A stretch of DNA of 64,000 nt from Candidatus Levyibacteriota bacterium (GCA_027459745.1 DAIDHL010000001.1:168290-232289); one strand, 5' to 3'; shown: positions 1 through 10,094, numbered from the stretch's first letter. Translations and numbers: made by a program. Notes: generated by a model not told the origin, from the sequence alone.

Positions 1-163
1 TTCTAGTAATCAATATACGGTGCAAAAGGGAGATAATTTATGGAATATAGCGGTTAGAGCTTACAACAATGGATATATGTGGACAAAAATTGCTCAATCG
101 AATCGGCTTGCAAATCCAAGTATTATTCATTCCGGTAATGTCCTGGTTATCCCCCGAAATTAA
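1..163 (+). CDS. LysM domain protein, C-terminal fragment (5' part outside window)
   Basis: Frame-2 translation ...YTVQKGDNLWNIAVRAYNNGYMWTKIAQSNRLANPSIIHSGNVLVIPRN* is a textbook LysM motif; stop TAA 161-163. Confidence 0.6.
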   Translation, partial: SSNQYTVQKGDNLWNIAVRAYNNGYMWTKIAQSNRLANPSIIHSGNVLVIPRN

Positions 164-225
164 TTTCTATAATAAACTCGTTGTATTTTTCTTCTATCCG
201 GCTATAATAAGCAATTAGAAGTCTT

Positions 226-296
226 GCGGGATTAGTACACCGGTAGTATGATTCCTTCCCAAGGAATAGAAGCGAGTTCGACTCTCGTATCCCGCT
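226..296 (+). tRNA. tRNA-Gly (anticodon CCC), no encoded CCA
   Basis: Hand-folded cloverleaf: acceptor GCGGGAT/ATCCCGC, D-stem GTAC/GTAT, anticodon stem ATTCC/GGAAT with loop TTCCCAA (U33, anticodon CCC, A37), 4-nt variable loop, T-stem GCGAG/CTCGT with T-loop TTCGACT, discriminator T. Confidence 0.75.
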
Positions 297-457
297 CATA
301 ATCAAATTACTTTTTTTTCATCTAACATCTAGCGTTTTTTCTGTAGGGGAGAAGGGATGTAATTTTAGAATGTTCAGTCCTCATAAATAATTGGTCAGAA
401 GTTTGATATGTACTTATATATTTTACTAAAGATGCTTAAAATACACGAATTTGTCTA

Positions 458-486
458 TTGACGACCTAATATTTATTTGTTAGTAT
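458..486 (+). promoter_or_regulatory. sigma70-like promoter candidate upstream of pyrG (TTGACG-17-TAGTAT)
   Basis: TTGACG at 458-463, 17-nt spacer, TAGTAT at 481-486; the GTG at 492 would give a near-leaderless transcript. Confidence 0.25.
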
Positions 487-491
487 AAATC

Positions 492-2171
492 GTGCCCCGC
501 AATAATTTAAAAAATAAAAAAACTAAATATATATTTATTTCAGGTGGCGTAATATCCGGTATTGGTAAAGGCCTCACTTCAGCTTCCATAGCTTTACTTT
601 TAAAATCAGCAGGTTATAAAGTTGTTCCTCTAAAGTTTGAGAACTATTTAAATGTAGACGCTGGCACAATTAACCCTATCGAGCATGGTGATCCTTTCTT
701 GTGCGAAGATGGCACAGAGGGTGATATGGACATGGGAACGTATGAAAAGTTTTTGGATATGGATATGGGGAAAGATAATTTCATTACTATTGGACGTATC
801 TATCAAACAGTTATCGATAGAGAACGACGATTTGAATATAACGGAGAAGATGTAGAAGCGATTCCTCATATTACTGATGAAATTCAGGCTCGTATTTTTC
901 ACTTGGCAAAAAAAACAGATGCCGATATTGTATTAATAGAGTTGGGAGGTACAGCTGGAGAGTATCAAAATGTCCTCTATTATGAAGCATCACGCATTTT
1001 GACATTGCGTAATCCGGGTGATGTGATTCATATACACGTTAGCTATATGCCCACACCAAGTCATTTGGGTGAACCGAAGACTAAGCCTACTCAATTATCT
1101 GTTAGAACTCTTAATGGTATGGGTATCCAACCTGATTTTATCGTTGCACGTTCTGAATCTCATTTGGATAAGCGCCGTCGTGACAGATTTGCGCTTTTCT
1201 GCAATATGCATGCAGATGATATTATCTCCAATCCTGATGTAGATACAGTTTATGAAATTCCTTTGATCTTGCATGAGCAAGGAATTGATAAAAGAATTCA
1301 ACAAAAACTGGGTTTTAAAGTAAAAGAGCCTAAATTGGATGCCTGGAAAGAGCATATTAAAAAAATCAAAGCTACAAAAACAAAAGAAATTACTATTGCT
1401 ATTGTAGGGAAATATTTTGGTACTGGCTCATATCAGTTAAGAGATTCTTACGCTGCGTTGTTTGATGCTATCTCTCATGCTGCGACAGAAAATGGAGTTA
1501 AAGTTAATACTATGTGGGTAGATGCAGAAAAAGTCGAGAAAGAAGGAGCCAAAAAAATCATTGGCCATCCAGACGGTATTATTGTACCTATCGGATGGGG
1601 AGAACGGGGAAGTGAAGGTATGATTGCTTCAGCTATTTATGCTCGTCGCGAAAAAATTCCTTACTTAGGATTGTGTTTTGGCATGCAGTTGGCAGTTGTG
1701 GCATTTGCTCGTGATGTTTTGGGTTGGAAGGATGCAAATACTGAAGAAATAAACCCTAAATCCAAACATAAAGTAATCCATTTCATCGAAGCACAAAAAG
1801 AATTAATTGCCCGTCGGGCTTATGGAGGGACGATGAGATTGGGAGGTTGGGAAGCTTTTGTCAAACAGGGTACACGGGCTTTTGAGATATATAAGAAATA
1901 TAACTCATTTATTGACGAAAAGACAGGTTTGACCAGTGAAAGACATCGACATCGCTATGAATTTAATAATGATTTCGCACAGGATTTTGAAAAAGCGGGA
2001 TTGGTAATATCAGCCAGGTCAGTTAAAGAAAACTTGGTTGAAATAGTTGAACTGCCCAAATCTGAGCATCCTTTCTTTTTAGGAACCCAAGGTCATCCCG
2101 AATACAAGAGTCGTCCTTTGCATCCGCATCCCATTTTTATTGAGTTCATCAAGGCATGCGCGAAGAAATAA
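492..2171 (+). CDS. pyrG: CTP synthase
   Basis: N-terminal KYIFISGGVISGIGKG...NVDAGTINPIEHGD synthetase domain and C-terminal class-I glutamine amidotransferase (LGLCFGMQ, GTQGHPE); GTG start in ORF track. Confidence 0.9.
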   Translation: MPRNNLKNKKTKYIFISGGVISGIGKGLTSASIALLLKSAGYKVVPLKFENYLNVDAGTINPIEHGDPFLCEDGTEGDMDMGTYEKFLDMDMGKDNFITIGRIYQTVIDRERRFEYNGEDVEAIPHITDEIQARIFHLAKKTDADIVLIELGGTAGEYQNVLYYEASRILTLRNPGDVIHIHVSYMPTPSHLGEPKTKPTQLSVRTLNGMGIQPDFIVARSESHLDKRRRDRFALFCNMHADDIISNPDVDTVYEIPLILHEQGIDKRIQQKLGFKVKEPKLDAWKEHIKKIKATKTKEITIAIVGKYFGTGSYQLRDSYAALFDAISHAATENGVKVNTMWVDAEKVEKEGAKKIIGHPDGIIVPIGWGERGSEGMIASAIYARREKIPYLGLCFGMQLAVVAFARDVLGWKDANTEEINPKSKHKVIHFIEAQKELIARRAYGGTMRLGGWEAFVKQGTRAFEIYKKYNSFIDEKTGLTSERHRHRYEFNNDFAQDFEKAGLVISARSVKENLVEIVELPKSEHPFFLGTQGHPEYKSRPLHPHPIFIEFIKACAKK

Positions 2172-2237
2172 TCTAGCCACTTATTGATTTTAGCAAGGGA
2201 TCTTGAGGAATTTTAGAATTTCCGCTATAATACCACT

Positions 2238-2522
2238 ATGCAACAGATAAATTTTGCAGCCGGAGACAGAATTAGAGTTCATCAGAAGATTCAGGAAGGC
2301 GATAAATCTCGCATTCAGGTCTTTGAAGGGATAGTTTTATCCATCAAAGGACGAGGTATAAATAAGACCCTTCAGGTTCAAAAAATGGTTGGGGATATTG
2401 CTGTAGAAAGAATTTGGCCTTTAGCCTCTCCTAATATTGAAAAAATTGAATTAAGAGAAAAATCTAAAAAGAAAATTAGACGAGCCCACTTAAATTATCT
2501 GCGTCTTCCAAAAATTAGTTAA
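2238..2522 (+). CDS. rplS: 50S ribosomal protein L19
   Basis: [26 protein letters not shown]...[11 protein letters not shown]...[16 protein letters not shown] matches the L19 consensus. Confidence 0.85.
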   Translation: MQQINFAAGDRIRVHQKIQEGDKSRIQVFEGIVLSIKGRGINKTLQVQKMVGDIAVERIWPLASPNIEKIELREKSKKKIRRAHLNYLRLPKIS

Positions 2523-2537
2523 TTTTTATAGATTCCT

Positions 2538-2849
2538 TTGTTTTTTATGAAAGAGTCTTTTCCGATACCCTCGTATTCGCAACCTAAAATTCGTAGTTTA
2601 AGACAACAGCTTCTTGATACTGAGCTTTATCCAGACTCAAATAGTCCATCCAGAACAAGAGGACTTATGAGGAGTATTATCGTTATTATGAGTGAGGAAC
2701 ATCCTAAAATTACTCATACGAGTCAAAAATTAGCAAGATTAGCTATACTTAAAAATGCAAGAAGTAATTGGAGTTCGAGAAATCAAGATGTTTTACCTCA
2801 TTTGGACAAGATAATAAACATTATTCAAAGAGACTTACAAAGGGTATAA
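2538..2849 (+). CDS. hypothetical protein
   Basis: 103-aa ORF between rplS and the YraN-like gene; no motif recognised. Confidence 0.3.
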   Translation: MFFMKESFPIPSYSQPKIRSLRQQLLDTELYPDSNSPSRTRGLMRSIIVIMSEEHPKITHTSQKLARLAILKNARSNWSSRNQDVLPHLDKIINIIQRDLQRV

Positions 2850-2856
2850 TAAGCTC

Positions 2857-3228
2857 ATGAATAAATTAGGAGTATTAGGAGAGATGTACGCTACGAGCTA
2901 TCTTAAGAAAAATAATTATAGAATCATGGCTCGTAACTTCCGCTTGCGTAATGGAGAAATAGATATTATTGGCATTGAGAACCCGGATAGTTTGAAAAAC
3001 AACACTTTAGTATTTTTTGAGGTGAAAACACGCACAACCGAAGAATTTGGTACTCCTCTGGAATCAATCACTTATTTCAAAATCAAAGCATTAACTAGAT
3101 CAGCTGAGGTCTATAAAGCGTCTCATCACAATTTGCCCGATGCTATGCGCATTGATGCTATAGCTGTTATTCTTACCCCACTTGGAGAATTAGTTAATAT
3201 AGAGCACGTGAAGAATATATCAGGTTGA
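2857..3228 (+). CDS. YraN/UPF0102 family endonuclease-like protein
   Basis: GEMYATSYLKKNNYRIMARNFR...GEIDIIG...LVFFEVKTR pattern typical of UPF0102. Confidence 0.65.
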   Translation: MNKLGVLGEMYATSYLKKNNYRIMARNFRLRNGEIDIIGIENPDSLKNNTLVFFEVKTRTTEEFGTPLESITYFKIKALTRSAEVYKASHHNLPDAMRIDAIAVILTPLGELVNIEHVKNISG

Positions 3229-3379
3229 ATAATATCAAATTTTTATATCTAAACAGATCTCTAACCGGCGGCAGGTAGGAAAATGTTTATACTTAAAATA
3301 CAAAAATGAACTCGTTTCACTAGTTATTTTGAGCTTAAATATGTTGAGGATTTAAGTATTGGGGTGCAGAAATTACTAA

Positions 3380-5374
3380 TTAGTTGAGTTTTTTAATCTG
3401 GTCGCGGATTTTCATGGCTGTTTCAAAATCCAGGTGGTCAGCAGCGATTCTCATTTCTTTTCTAAGTTTACTCAGTAAATCTTTCTTTTCATCAGGCAAC
3501 AATACTTCTTTCTGTCCCAGCTGGATCAGAGTATCTAAGGTTTCGACTTCCTCGTCTTCGATTATACGATCTATAAGTTTAGCTCTGACCGCTTTTTCAA
3601 TAGTTGTAGGTGTAATATCATGATCTTTGTTGTACTGAATTTGAATTTTTCTTCTTCTTTCGACTTCTTCCATAGCTGCCTTCATTGAATCAGTCATTCT
3701 ATCTGCATAAAGTATGACTTGGGCATCTACATTACGTGCTGCTCTTCCCATAGTTTGAATCAATGAGCTGCGACTACGCAAAAACCCTTCCTTGTCTGCA
3801 TCAAGTATTATAACCAGCGAAACTTCTGGTAAATCCAAACCTTCACGCAAAAGATTTATGCCCACCAATACATCAAATTCACCCAAACGCAAACTATCTA
3901 ACAGGTCTTGTCGATCAAGAGTTTCTACATCAGAGTGAATATAGGCAACCTTAACTTGCTTTTCCTGTAAATAACTAGTGAGTTCTTCCGCCATGCGTTT
4001 GGTCAAAGTTGTAATTAAAACACGTTGTTTCTTACTAACTCTTTTTTCTATTTCTTTAAGTACATCCGGAATTTGTCCTTCTGTGGGACGTACAAACACT
4101 TCCGGATCTACTAACCCTGTTGGTCGAATAAGTTGTTCTACTACTCCATGCTCAGTCTCTTGAGCCAAGGAAAGCTCATATTCATTGGGGGTGGCGCTAA
4201 CGAATACCATCTGGTGGGCTTTACGCATAAATTCATCATACTTTAGAGGACGATTGTCTAGTGCGGATGGTAGACGGAAACCATAATCAATCAACACACT
4301 TTTTCGAGATTGATCCCCATTGTACATACCACGAATTTGTGGCAAAGTAATGTGGGATTCATCGACGATTAATAACCAATCTTTACTTGCATGTTCAAAA
4401 TAATCAATCAAAGTGTAAGGTGGAGTACCTTTGGCACGATTTTCAAAGTATATAGAATAATTTTCTATTCCGTTAACATAGCCAACTTCGCGGATCATTT
4501 CCAAGTCAAAATTAGTTCTTTGAGCTAATCTCTGAGCTTCCAGTAATTTATCCTGAGATCTTAACTCTCCAACTCTTTTGTCCAAATCTGCTTTGATGCG
4601 TTTAAATGCATCATCATAGGTACGCGGATCAGTCATGTAATGTTTGGCGGGATAAATCACGGTTTTATGAATAATTTCTATCACGTCCCCACTCAAAGGA
4701 TCAAATCTTTGCATCGAGGATAATGAATTTTCATTAATTTCCATGCGGATGCCGTCGTCCATATAAGCAGGGAATAGTTCAATTGAGCCTCCCCTGACAC
4801 GAAATGTGCCGCGTTTGAATTCATAATCATTACGGTCATATTGCAGGTCGGTCAAGCGAACTAGAATATCACGTTGTTCGATCTTCATACCCTCCATTAA
4901 CTCAAGAACAAATTTGCCATATTCAACAGGAGAGCCAAGATTATAAATACATGAGACGGATGCGACTACTATGACATCCTTGCGGGTTAACAGATTCGTA
5001 GTAGCAGACAAACGTAGTTTATCAATTTCATCATTAATTTCAGCTTCTTTCTCTATATAGGTATCACTGCGCGGGACATAAGCCTCAGGTTGATAATAAT
5101 CGTAATAAGAAACAAAATAAGACACAGCATTGTCAGGAAAAAAATCTCTAAATTCTTGGTAAAGTTGTCCAGCCAATGTTTTATTATGCGAAATAATTAA
5201 GGTAGGTCGTTGTAGTTTTTGAATTACATTGGCCATTGTAAAAGTTTTTCCACTGCCTGTAACTCCGAGTAAAACTTGATGTTTAGCATTATGTTCAAGG
5301 TTTTCGGTAAGTAGTTTAATGGCCTGGGGTTGATCTCCAGTTGGCTTAAATTTCGAGGCTAATTTGAACTGCAT
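3380..5374 (-). CDS. uvrB: excinuclease ABC subunit B
   Basis: FKPTGDQPQAI..L......QVLLGVTGSGKTFTMANVI helicase motifs, UvrB interaction domain and C-terminal UVR motif (DFETAMKIRDQIKKL). Confidence 0.92.
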   Translation of the reverse strand: MQFKLASKFKPTGDQPQAIKLLTENLEHNAKHQVLLGVTGSGKTFTMANVIQKLQRPTLIISHNKTLAGQLYQEFRDFFPDNAVSYFVSYYDYYQPEAYVPRSDTYIEKEAEINDEIDKLRLSATTNLLTRKDVIVVASVSCIYNLGSPVEYGKFVLELMEGMKIEQRDILVRLTDLQYDRNDYEFKRGTFRVRGGSIELFPAYMDDGIRMEINENSLSSMQRFDPLSGDVIEIIHKTVIYPAKHYMTDPRTYDDAFKRIKADLDKRVGELRSQDKLLEAQRLAQRTNFDLEMIREVGYVNGIENYSIYFENRAKGTPPYTLIDYFEHASKDWLLIVDESHITLPQIRGMYNGDQSRKSVLIDYGFRLPSALDNRPLKYDEFMRKAHQMVFVSATPNEYELSLAQETEHGVVEQLIRPTGLVDPEVFVRPTEGQIPDVLKEIEKRVSKKQRVLITTLTKRMAEELTSYLQEKQVKVAYIHSDVETLDRQDLLDSLRLGEFDVLVGINLLREGLDLPEVSLVIILDADKEGFLRSRSSLIQTMGRAARNVDAQVILYADRMTDSMKAAMEEVERRRKIQIQYNKDHDITPTTIEKAVRAKLIDRIIEDEEVETLDTLIQLGQKEVLLPDEKKDLLSKLRKEMRIAADHLDFETAMKIRDQIKKLN

Positions 5375-5476
5375 CGTCCTGACAGTATAGCATATTAAGT
5401 AAAAAGTGGAATATTGCCAGAACGAATTTGAGAGCTAATGCATATTTCACTTCTCATCATTTTAAGTTGAAGTCTC

Positions 5477-6217
5477 TTATGAAGTATAGGGCAAAATAGG
5501 ACCCGAAGGTAGAGTGGATGGGGGTGCGGGTATGGTTGTGGATGACTCTATAATTGTTTTTAGGCGGGAGAGCGCTCCTAAAGCTTCTTCTAACGAGGTG
5601 AAGCGCGAATTTTTATCTGCTTGCTCTAAATTATGCTGAGTAGACTCTCGATTAATGTGATGAGTTGTTCTGATCGGACTTATTTGAGGGCTGCTCTTTT
5701 TTTTCAAAAAAACTAATAAACTTTGTTTAGTTTGATCTGGGGCTTCATGGAAAAAAATATCAATACTTTTTAAAAAGGCATATGAATCCTTATCGTCATC
5801 TGAAAATGATCTTTGTGGAAGTAATAACGATGTCCTGCTTCCCATCAATCTTATAAGCATAACACGCATACGATCTTTCATTTCTTGAATAGACCATTCT
5901 TCGCTAGATTGATTATGTGAATTTGAGAACGAAGTAAATTTAATCGCTATGGTGGGCCCAGAATGACTTTTATTCATTTTAAGATGCGTTAGAACATTTA
6001 AATTATTAAAAACAGTCTCACCATTCCAAGACGAGAATTTGAATCTCCCACTAGCTAAATCTACGGGGGGGACGAATAGTCGGTTAAGATACTCTTGAGT
6101 AATTAAGGCATTAGATGGAATGAAATAAGAAATGTTATCTTGGGTGGGTTCGGGGGCAGGAACTGTTCGCTGCAACAATGCCCAAAGCCCTTTTATATTT
6201 GGTTTTTCATTTGACAC
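5477..6217 (-). CDS. hypothetical protein (divergent from lexA)
   Basis: 246-aa ORF with no recognisable motif; shares an intergenic region with lexA. Confidence 0.35.
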   Translation of the reverse strand: MSNEKPNIKGLWALLQRTVPAPEPTQDNISYFIPSNALITQEYLNRLFVPPVDLASGRFKFSSWNGETVFNNLNVLTHLKMNKSHSGPTIAIKFTSFSNSHNQSSEEWSIQEMKDRMRVMLIRLMGSRTSLLLPQRSFSDDDKDSYAFLKSIDIFFHEAPDQTKQSLLVFLKKKSSPQISPIRTTHHINRESTQHNLEQADKNSRFTSLEEALGALSRLKTIIESSTTIPAPPSTLPSGPILPYTS

Positions 6218-6295
6218 TCTGAAATTTTAGAACAATCCAGCCATAATGGCAAGTTTAACAATAAATTTTGACTATCTTTGTATCACTTTGTCTGA

Positions 6296-6325
6296 TTGAC
6301 GAAATTATACGAAATGTCGTATATT
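6296..6325 (+). promoter_or_regulatory. lexA promoter (TTGACG-18-TATATT) with embedded 16-bp palindrome ATACGAAATGTCGTAT at 6307-6322, candidate LexA operator
   Basis: Perfect inverted repeat ATACGA-AATG-TCGTAT overlapping the spacer/-10 directly upstream of the probable lexA start. Confidence 0.5.
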
Positions 6326-6334
6326 TTACTAACT

Positions 6335-6961
6335 ATGCCGGGTGTACTATATCGCAAGGAACGTGAATTATTAACATTTTTAGCCCAGTTTCAAAAACAA
6401 TACGGTTATTCTCCAACTCTTAAGGAAATGGCACAAGCAACCGGACATAGCAGTGTTTCTACTGTGCATACCATTATTCGTAATTTAGTTGACAAAGGAT
6501 ATATAAAAAAAGACGAAGGGAATACACGTGCTTTAAGAATCTTGCCAGATGCATTTGCTGTCCCTGAAGCCGGAGTAGTGCGTTCTATTGAGCTTCCTTT
6601 GATGGGTTATATTGCTGCAGGCAGACCTTTAGAACCCCATACTGATCCTAATGCTACCTTTCACGTTTCAGCATCTATGATTTCCGGACATAAGACAGCT
6701 TATGTTTTACAAGTTAAGGGTGAGTCGATGATTGAAGATGGTATTATGGATGGAGACTATGTGGTTATTGAGCGAGTTGCGGATGCAACTAATGGCGAAA
6801 TTGTTGTTGCATTGGTGGATGACAACTTAGCAACCTTAAAAAGATTTTATAAAGAGGGTGGTAAGGTCATTTTGCGACCGGCCAATTCAACTATGGAACC
6901 TATTTACCCTAACACCTGTAAAATTCAAGGTAAAGTAGTGGGGTTAGTTCGCAGATTTTAA
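6335..6961 (+). CDS. lexA: LexA repressor (S24 peptidase)
   Basis: N-terminal winged HTH (ERELLTFLAQFQKQYGYSPTLKEMAQATGHSSVSTVHTIIRNLVDKGYI), Ala-Gly cleavage site (IAAGRP), catalytic GESMIEDGI...LKRF; ORF track opens at TTG 6296 but ATG 6335 fits LexA N-termini. Confidence 0.85.
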   Translation: MPGVLYRKERELLTFLAQFQKQYGYSPTLKEMAQATGHSSVSTVHTIIRNLVDKGYIKKDEGNTRALRILPDAFAVPEAGVVRSIELPLMGYIAAGRPLEPHTDPNATFHVSASMISGHKTAYVLQVKGESMIEDGIMDGDYVVIERVADATNGEIVVALVDDNLATLKRFYKEGGKVILRPANSTMEPIYPNTCKIQGKVVGLVRRF

Positions 6962-6962
6962 T

Positions 6963-7880
6963 CTACTTATTTAATTGTTGCTGCAGGAAAGGGAAAACCA
7001 CTTTTCTATATTGTTCTGGATGGAGTTTATAAGTTTCAATATGGTTACCTCCATAAAATATTTCTAACTTACTTTGTGGGTTGGCTTTAGCCAGTAACGC
7101 CCTTGCATCATTTACAGGTATGGTCGTATCACCATTAGATTGCAAGAATAAGAAAACTCGATTAGGAACCATGGCAACATGGTCGATAGGGTTTATCTGA
7201 TTTACATCAACATGATAAATATATTTCATGGCCATAAAAGTACCAGGCACAAAAATAGGCCAAACTCCGTTTTGTTGTATTAAAACATTAGCAATAATTG
7301 GTTTCATTCTAGCGGCTGAGCTATCTATAACTAAAGCTCCTATATCTTGTAATTTATCGGCTGCCATCAGAATAGAGATTGCCCCCATAGAGTCGCCGAT
7401 AATGCCTATATCTTTGCCTAAAAATCCTTTTTGTTTGGCAAAATTGGCTACCGCTACTACATCCTGACTTTCCAAGAGACCCTGAGTAACGTTACCCGTA
7501 GATTCACCATGCCCGCGGCTGTCATACATAATTAAAGCATATCCCTGTGCATTTAATTCCCTTGCCAAATCAACACCAAAGTAATCTACATTAGCACGAA
7601 TCTGTTTTATACCTGTTACTAAAATGATCAATTTCCCATTAGTACCTGGGAAAAACCAACCTTTAAGTACTGCTCCTTGCGCACCATTAACTGTGATATC
7701 TTCATGAGTTGGAGCTACAAGGTCTGCAGAAACATTAATTTTTTGTGGATAAGATGCTAACACACGTGAGGCAAGATAGACAGAAAAAGCTGTATATATT
7801 ACTACAATTATTAAAACAATTACCAAAATCATAAATATTCTGGACATTTTACTTTTTGAAGAGTTTTTTACGAATCTCAA
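6963..7880 (-). CDS. alpha/beta hydrolase with N-terminal TM anchor (dienelactone hydrolase/S9-like)
   Basis: N-terminal hydrophobic segment; nucleophile elbow GDSMGA; hydrolase fold pattern. Confidence 0.6.
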   Translation of the reverse strand: MRFVKNSSKSKMSRIFMILVIVLIIVVIYTAFSVYLASRVLASYPQKINVSADLVAPTHEDITVNGAQGAVLKGWFFPGTNGKLIILVTGIKQIRANVDYFGVDLARELNAQGYALIMYDSRGHGESTGNVTQGLLESQDVVAVANFAKQKGFLGKDIGIIGDSMGAISILMAADKLQDIGALVIDSSAARMKPIIANVLIQQNGVWPIFVPGTFMAMKYIYHVDVNQINPIDHVAMVPNRVFLFLQSNGDTTIPVNDARALLAKANPQSKLEIFYGGNHIETYKLHPEQYRKVVFPFLQQQLNK

Positions 7881-8478
7881 GTTTATGATCTAGGTACCAA
7901 ATAACAGCCAGAACCAATAGAATAACGATGACTAGCTCTAGTTGACGAAACAAGCCGCTTAATGATTGCCACTTGGTACCCAAATAAACACCAATAAAAG
8001 TTAACAATGAACTATATATTATAGAACCAATAGCAGCATAGGTTATAAACTTCCATACATTCATTTCAAATACTCCTGCAGGAAGAGAAATAATCCAGCG
8101 TACCCCAGGTAACAATTTGCCTATCAAAACCATCTTGTCGCCGTATTTTTTAAACCAGTTAGCAGCATGTTCATACTCGCGATCACTTAGAAGTACATAT
8201 TTGCCATGCTTTTTGATTAAATTTAAAATCACTTTCTCTTCGAGAAAGAAACCAATAAAATATGGCACAAGTGAGCCTAAAACATCAGCGATTACTGCAA
8301 TAGGCACCACAATAAAATAGTTTAACTTTCCTGAAAAAACCAAAAAGCCTGAAAAGGGTAAAACTATTTCTGAAGGAATAGGAAAGACGGATGAACCAAT
8401 CGCTACTAGGGCAAAAATTCCACCATAGCCTCCCGCTTGAATAAAATGTATAATAAACCCTGATAACATCTCGAGCAT
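7849..8478 (-). CDS. DedA/TVP38 family membrane protein
   Basis: YGGIFALVAIGSSVFPIPSEIVLPFSGFL ... KYGDKMVLIGKLLPGVRWIISLPAGV is the DedA signature. Confidence 0.7.
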   Translation of the reverse strand: MLEMLSGFIIHFIQAGGYGGIFALVAIGSSVFPIPSEIVLPFSGFLVFSGKLNYFIVVPIAVIADVLGSLVPYFIGFFLEEKVILNLIKKHGKYVLLSDREYEHAANWFKKYGDKMVLIGKLLPGVRWIISLPAGVFEMNVWKFITYAAIGSIIYSSLLTFIGVYLGTKWQSLSGLFRQLELVIVILLVLAVIWYLDHKLEIRKKLFKK

Positions 8479-9189
8479 ATGGGGATATTGTACATTGTTC
8501 CAACACCAATTGGCAATCTGGAAGATATAACAATTCGCAGTTTGAATTTGTTATTTTCTGCACAATATATAGCTTGTGAAGATACCAGGAAAACCGGTCA
8601 GTTGTTAAAATTACTTAAAGAAAAGTTTTCTACTAATCCAGAAGAAAAAGTAGATCAGCCTCAACTTATTTCATATTACGAACAAAATGAATTTGTACGA
8701 ATACCTGGAATAGTGAACGTATTAAAAAACGATTTTGATGTAGTATTGGTATCCGACGCAGGAACTCCGCTGGTTTCTGATCCGGGTTTTCGTTTGGTCA
8801 AGGCGTGTTATGAAAATAATATAAAAGTGGTATCTCTTCCTGGGCCCAGTGCAGTGACTACGGCTCTAGCTGCATCCGGATTACCCTCAGATAAATTTAC
8901 TTTTCTGGGTTATCCCCCCCATAAACCAGGTCATCGAAAAACATTTTATGAGAATATTAAGCAATCAGCTGAAATTATTTCTTCTACGTTTATCATATTT
9001 GAAGCGCCACATAAGCTTCGCAAAACACTAGAAGAAATTAGCGAAACTTTAGGTGACATTGAAATCGTAATTGCGAGAGAGTTGAGCAAGGTTCATGAGG
9101 AAGTTAGTAAAAAAACTATTAGTCAATATTTATTGTATTATAAAAAACGTGAACCTAAAGGAGAGATAGTGTTACTTTTTCATATATGA
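8479..9189 (+). CDS. rsmI: 16S rRNA (cytidine1402-2'-O)-methyltransferase
   Basis: GILYIVPTPIGNLEDITIRSL..L......IACEDTRKTGQLL tetrapyrrole-methylase-fold signature of RsmI. Confidence 0.85.
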   Translation: MGILYIVPTPIGNLEDITIRSLNLLFSAQYIACEDTRKTGQLLKLLKEKFSTNPEEKVDQPQLISYYEQNEFVRIPGIVNVLKNDFDVVLVSDAGTPLVSDPGFRLVKACYENNIKVVSLPGPSAVTTALAASGLPSDKFTFLGYPPHKPGHRKTFYENIKQSAEIISSTFIIFEAPHKLRKTLEEISETLGDIEIVIARELSKVHEEVSKKTISQYLLYYKKREPKGEIVLLFHI

Positions 9190-9713
9190 CAGAAATTGAA
9201 TTAGAAAAAACTTATTTAGCAAAATATATCCCAGATGATCTGACATCATTTCCTTATGTAGATTTGGTCGATATTTATATGCCCAAAAATACTCCACATC
9301 CACATTTAAGGTTAAGAAAAAGAGGTGAGCAATATTCAATCACTCGTAAGACTCAAACGCAGGAACAAGATGCAAGTAAGCATATAGAAGAAACAATTGT
9401 TTTAACAGAAGATGAATTTGCTGCTTTATCAGTGGTCGAAGGTTTTAAAACCCACAAAGCGCGTTATAAATATAAATGGCAAGGTCAAGAGTTTGAGATT
9501 GATGTGTTTTTGGACAATTTGGCTGGCTTAGTTTTGGTTGATAAAGAATTTAATACAGAAAAAGAATTAAATAACTTTCAAATACCTGAGTTTTGTTTGG
9601 ACGACGTAACCGATGAAGAACTTCTAGCTGGGGGGATGTTAGCGGGCAAAAAATATTTAGAAATTTCTAACTTACTTGATAAATTTAATTATAAACCACT
9701 ACGCTTAGAATAA
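9186..9713 (+). CDS. CYTH-domain protein (triphosphate tunnel metalloenzyme-like)
   Basis: N-terminal EIELEKTYL (ExExK-like) and size/acidic pattern of CYTH domain. Confidence 0.45.
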   Translation: MTEIELEKTYLAKYIPDDLTSFPYVDLVDIYMPKNTPHPHLRLRKRGEQYSITRKTQTQEQDASKHIEETIVLTEDEFAALSVVEGFKTHKARYKYKWQGQEFEIDVFLDNLAGLVLVDKEFNTEKELNNFQIPEFCLDDVTDEELLAGGMLAGKKYLEISNLLDKFNYKPLRLE

Positions 9714-9716
9714 AAC

Positions 9717-10094
9717 TTATCGAGGTTTATGAGGAGAAAAAGGCATAAGATATCTTTTTTTATATCGGTCAAGTCCATTAGCAATGTCGAAAATATCAGA
9801 GTTATAAGATTCAATTATTGCTTTTGTTATGCCTACTTTGCTTAGGTATACTGTCCGTGCATCCATTTGCACATCTTCACTGTTTAACAAAAAATCTTCA
9901 ACTTTAAATAAGAAACTTTCTTCGTAATGTGGCTGATTACTTATTCTTCTTCGTAATATATCTAAAGGGACTACAGTATATGATCCGTTAATTCCGGGTT
10001 GTTTATTAATTGCATCAAATGTAATTGCGCTTTGTTTGGCATTTACAAAAAGGTTAGACCCCATAACTGTTTCATATAGATCTGGTTTTAACAT
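9717..10094 (-). CDS. hypothetical protein
   Basis: 125-aa ORF packed downstream of the acyl-CoA synthetase; no motif recognised. Confidence 0.35.
   Translation of the reverse strand: MLKPDLYETVMGSNLFVNAKQSAITFDAINKQPGINGSYTVVPLDILRRRISNQPHYEESFLFKVEDFLLNSEDVQMDARTVYLSKVGITKAIIESYNSDIFDIANGLDRYKKRYLMPFSPHKPR

Noticed and set aside
226-296. tRNA-Gly as a possible integration site for a genomic island
   Set aside because: Flanking genes (a LysM gene, pyrG, rplS) are housekeeping, and there is no integrase or repeat next to the tRNA.
648-1355. Antisense ORFs 648-902 and 1095-1355 inside pyrG, plus similar small opposite-strand ORFs inside uvrB, ppsA, pilB, VirB4, the membrane proteins and others
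   Set aside because: They lie fully embedded in well-supported longer genes with recognisable motifs. They also have low-complexity translations and no start or RBS context.
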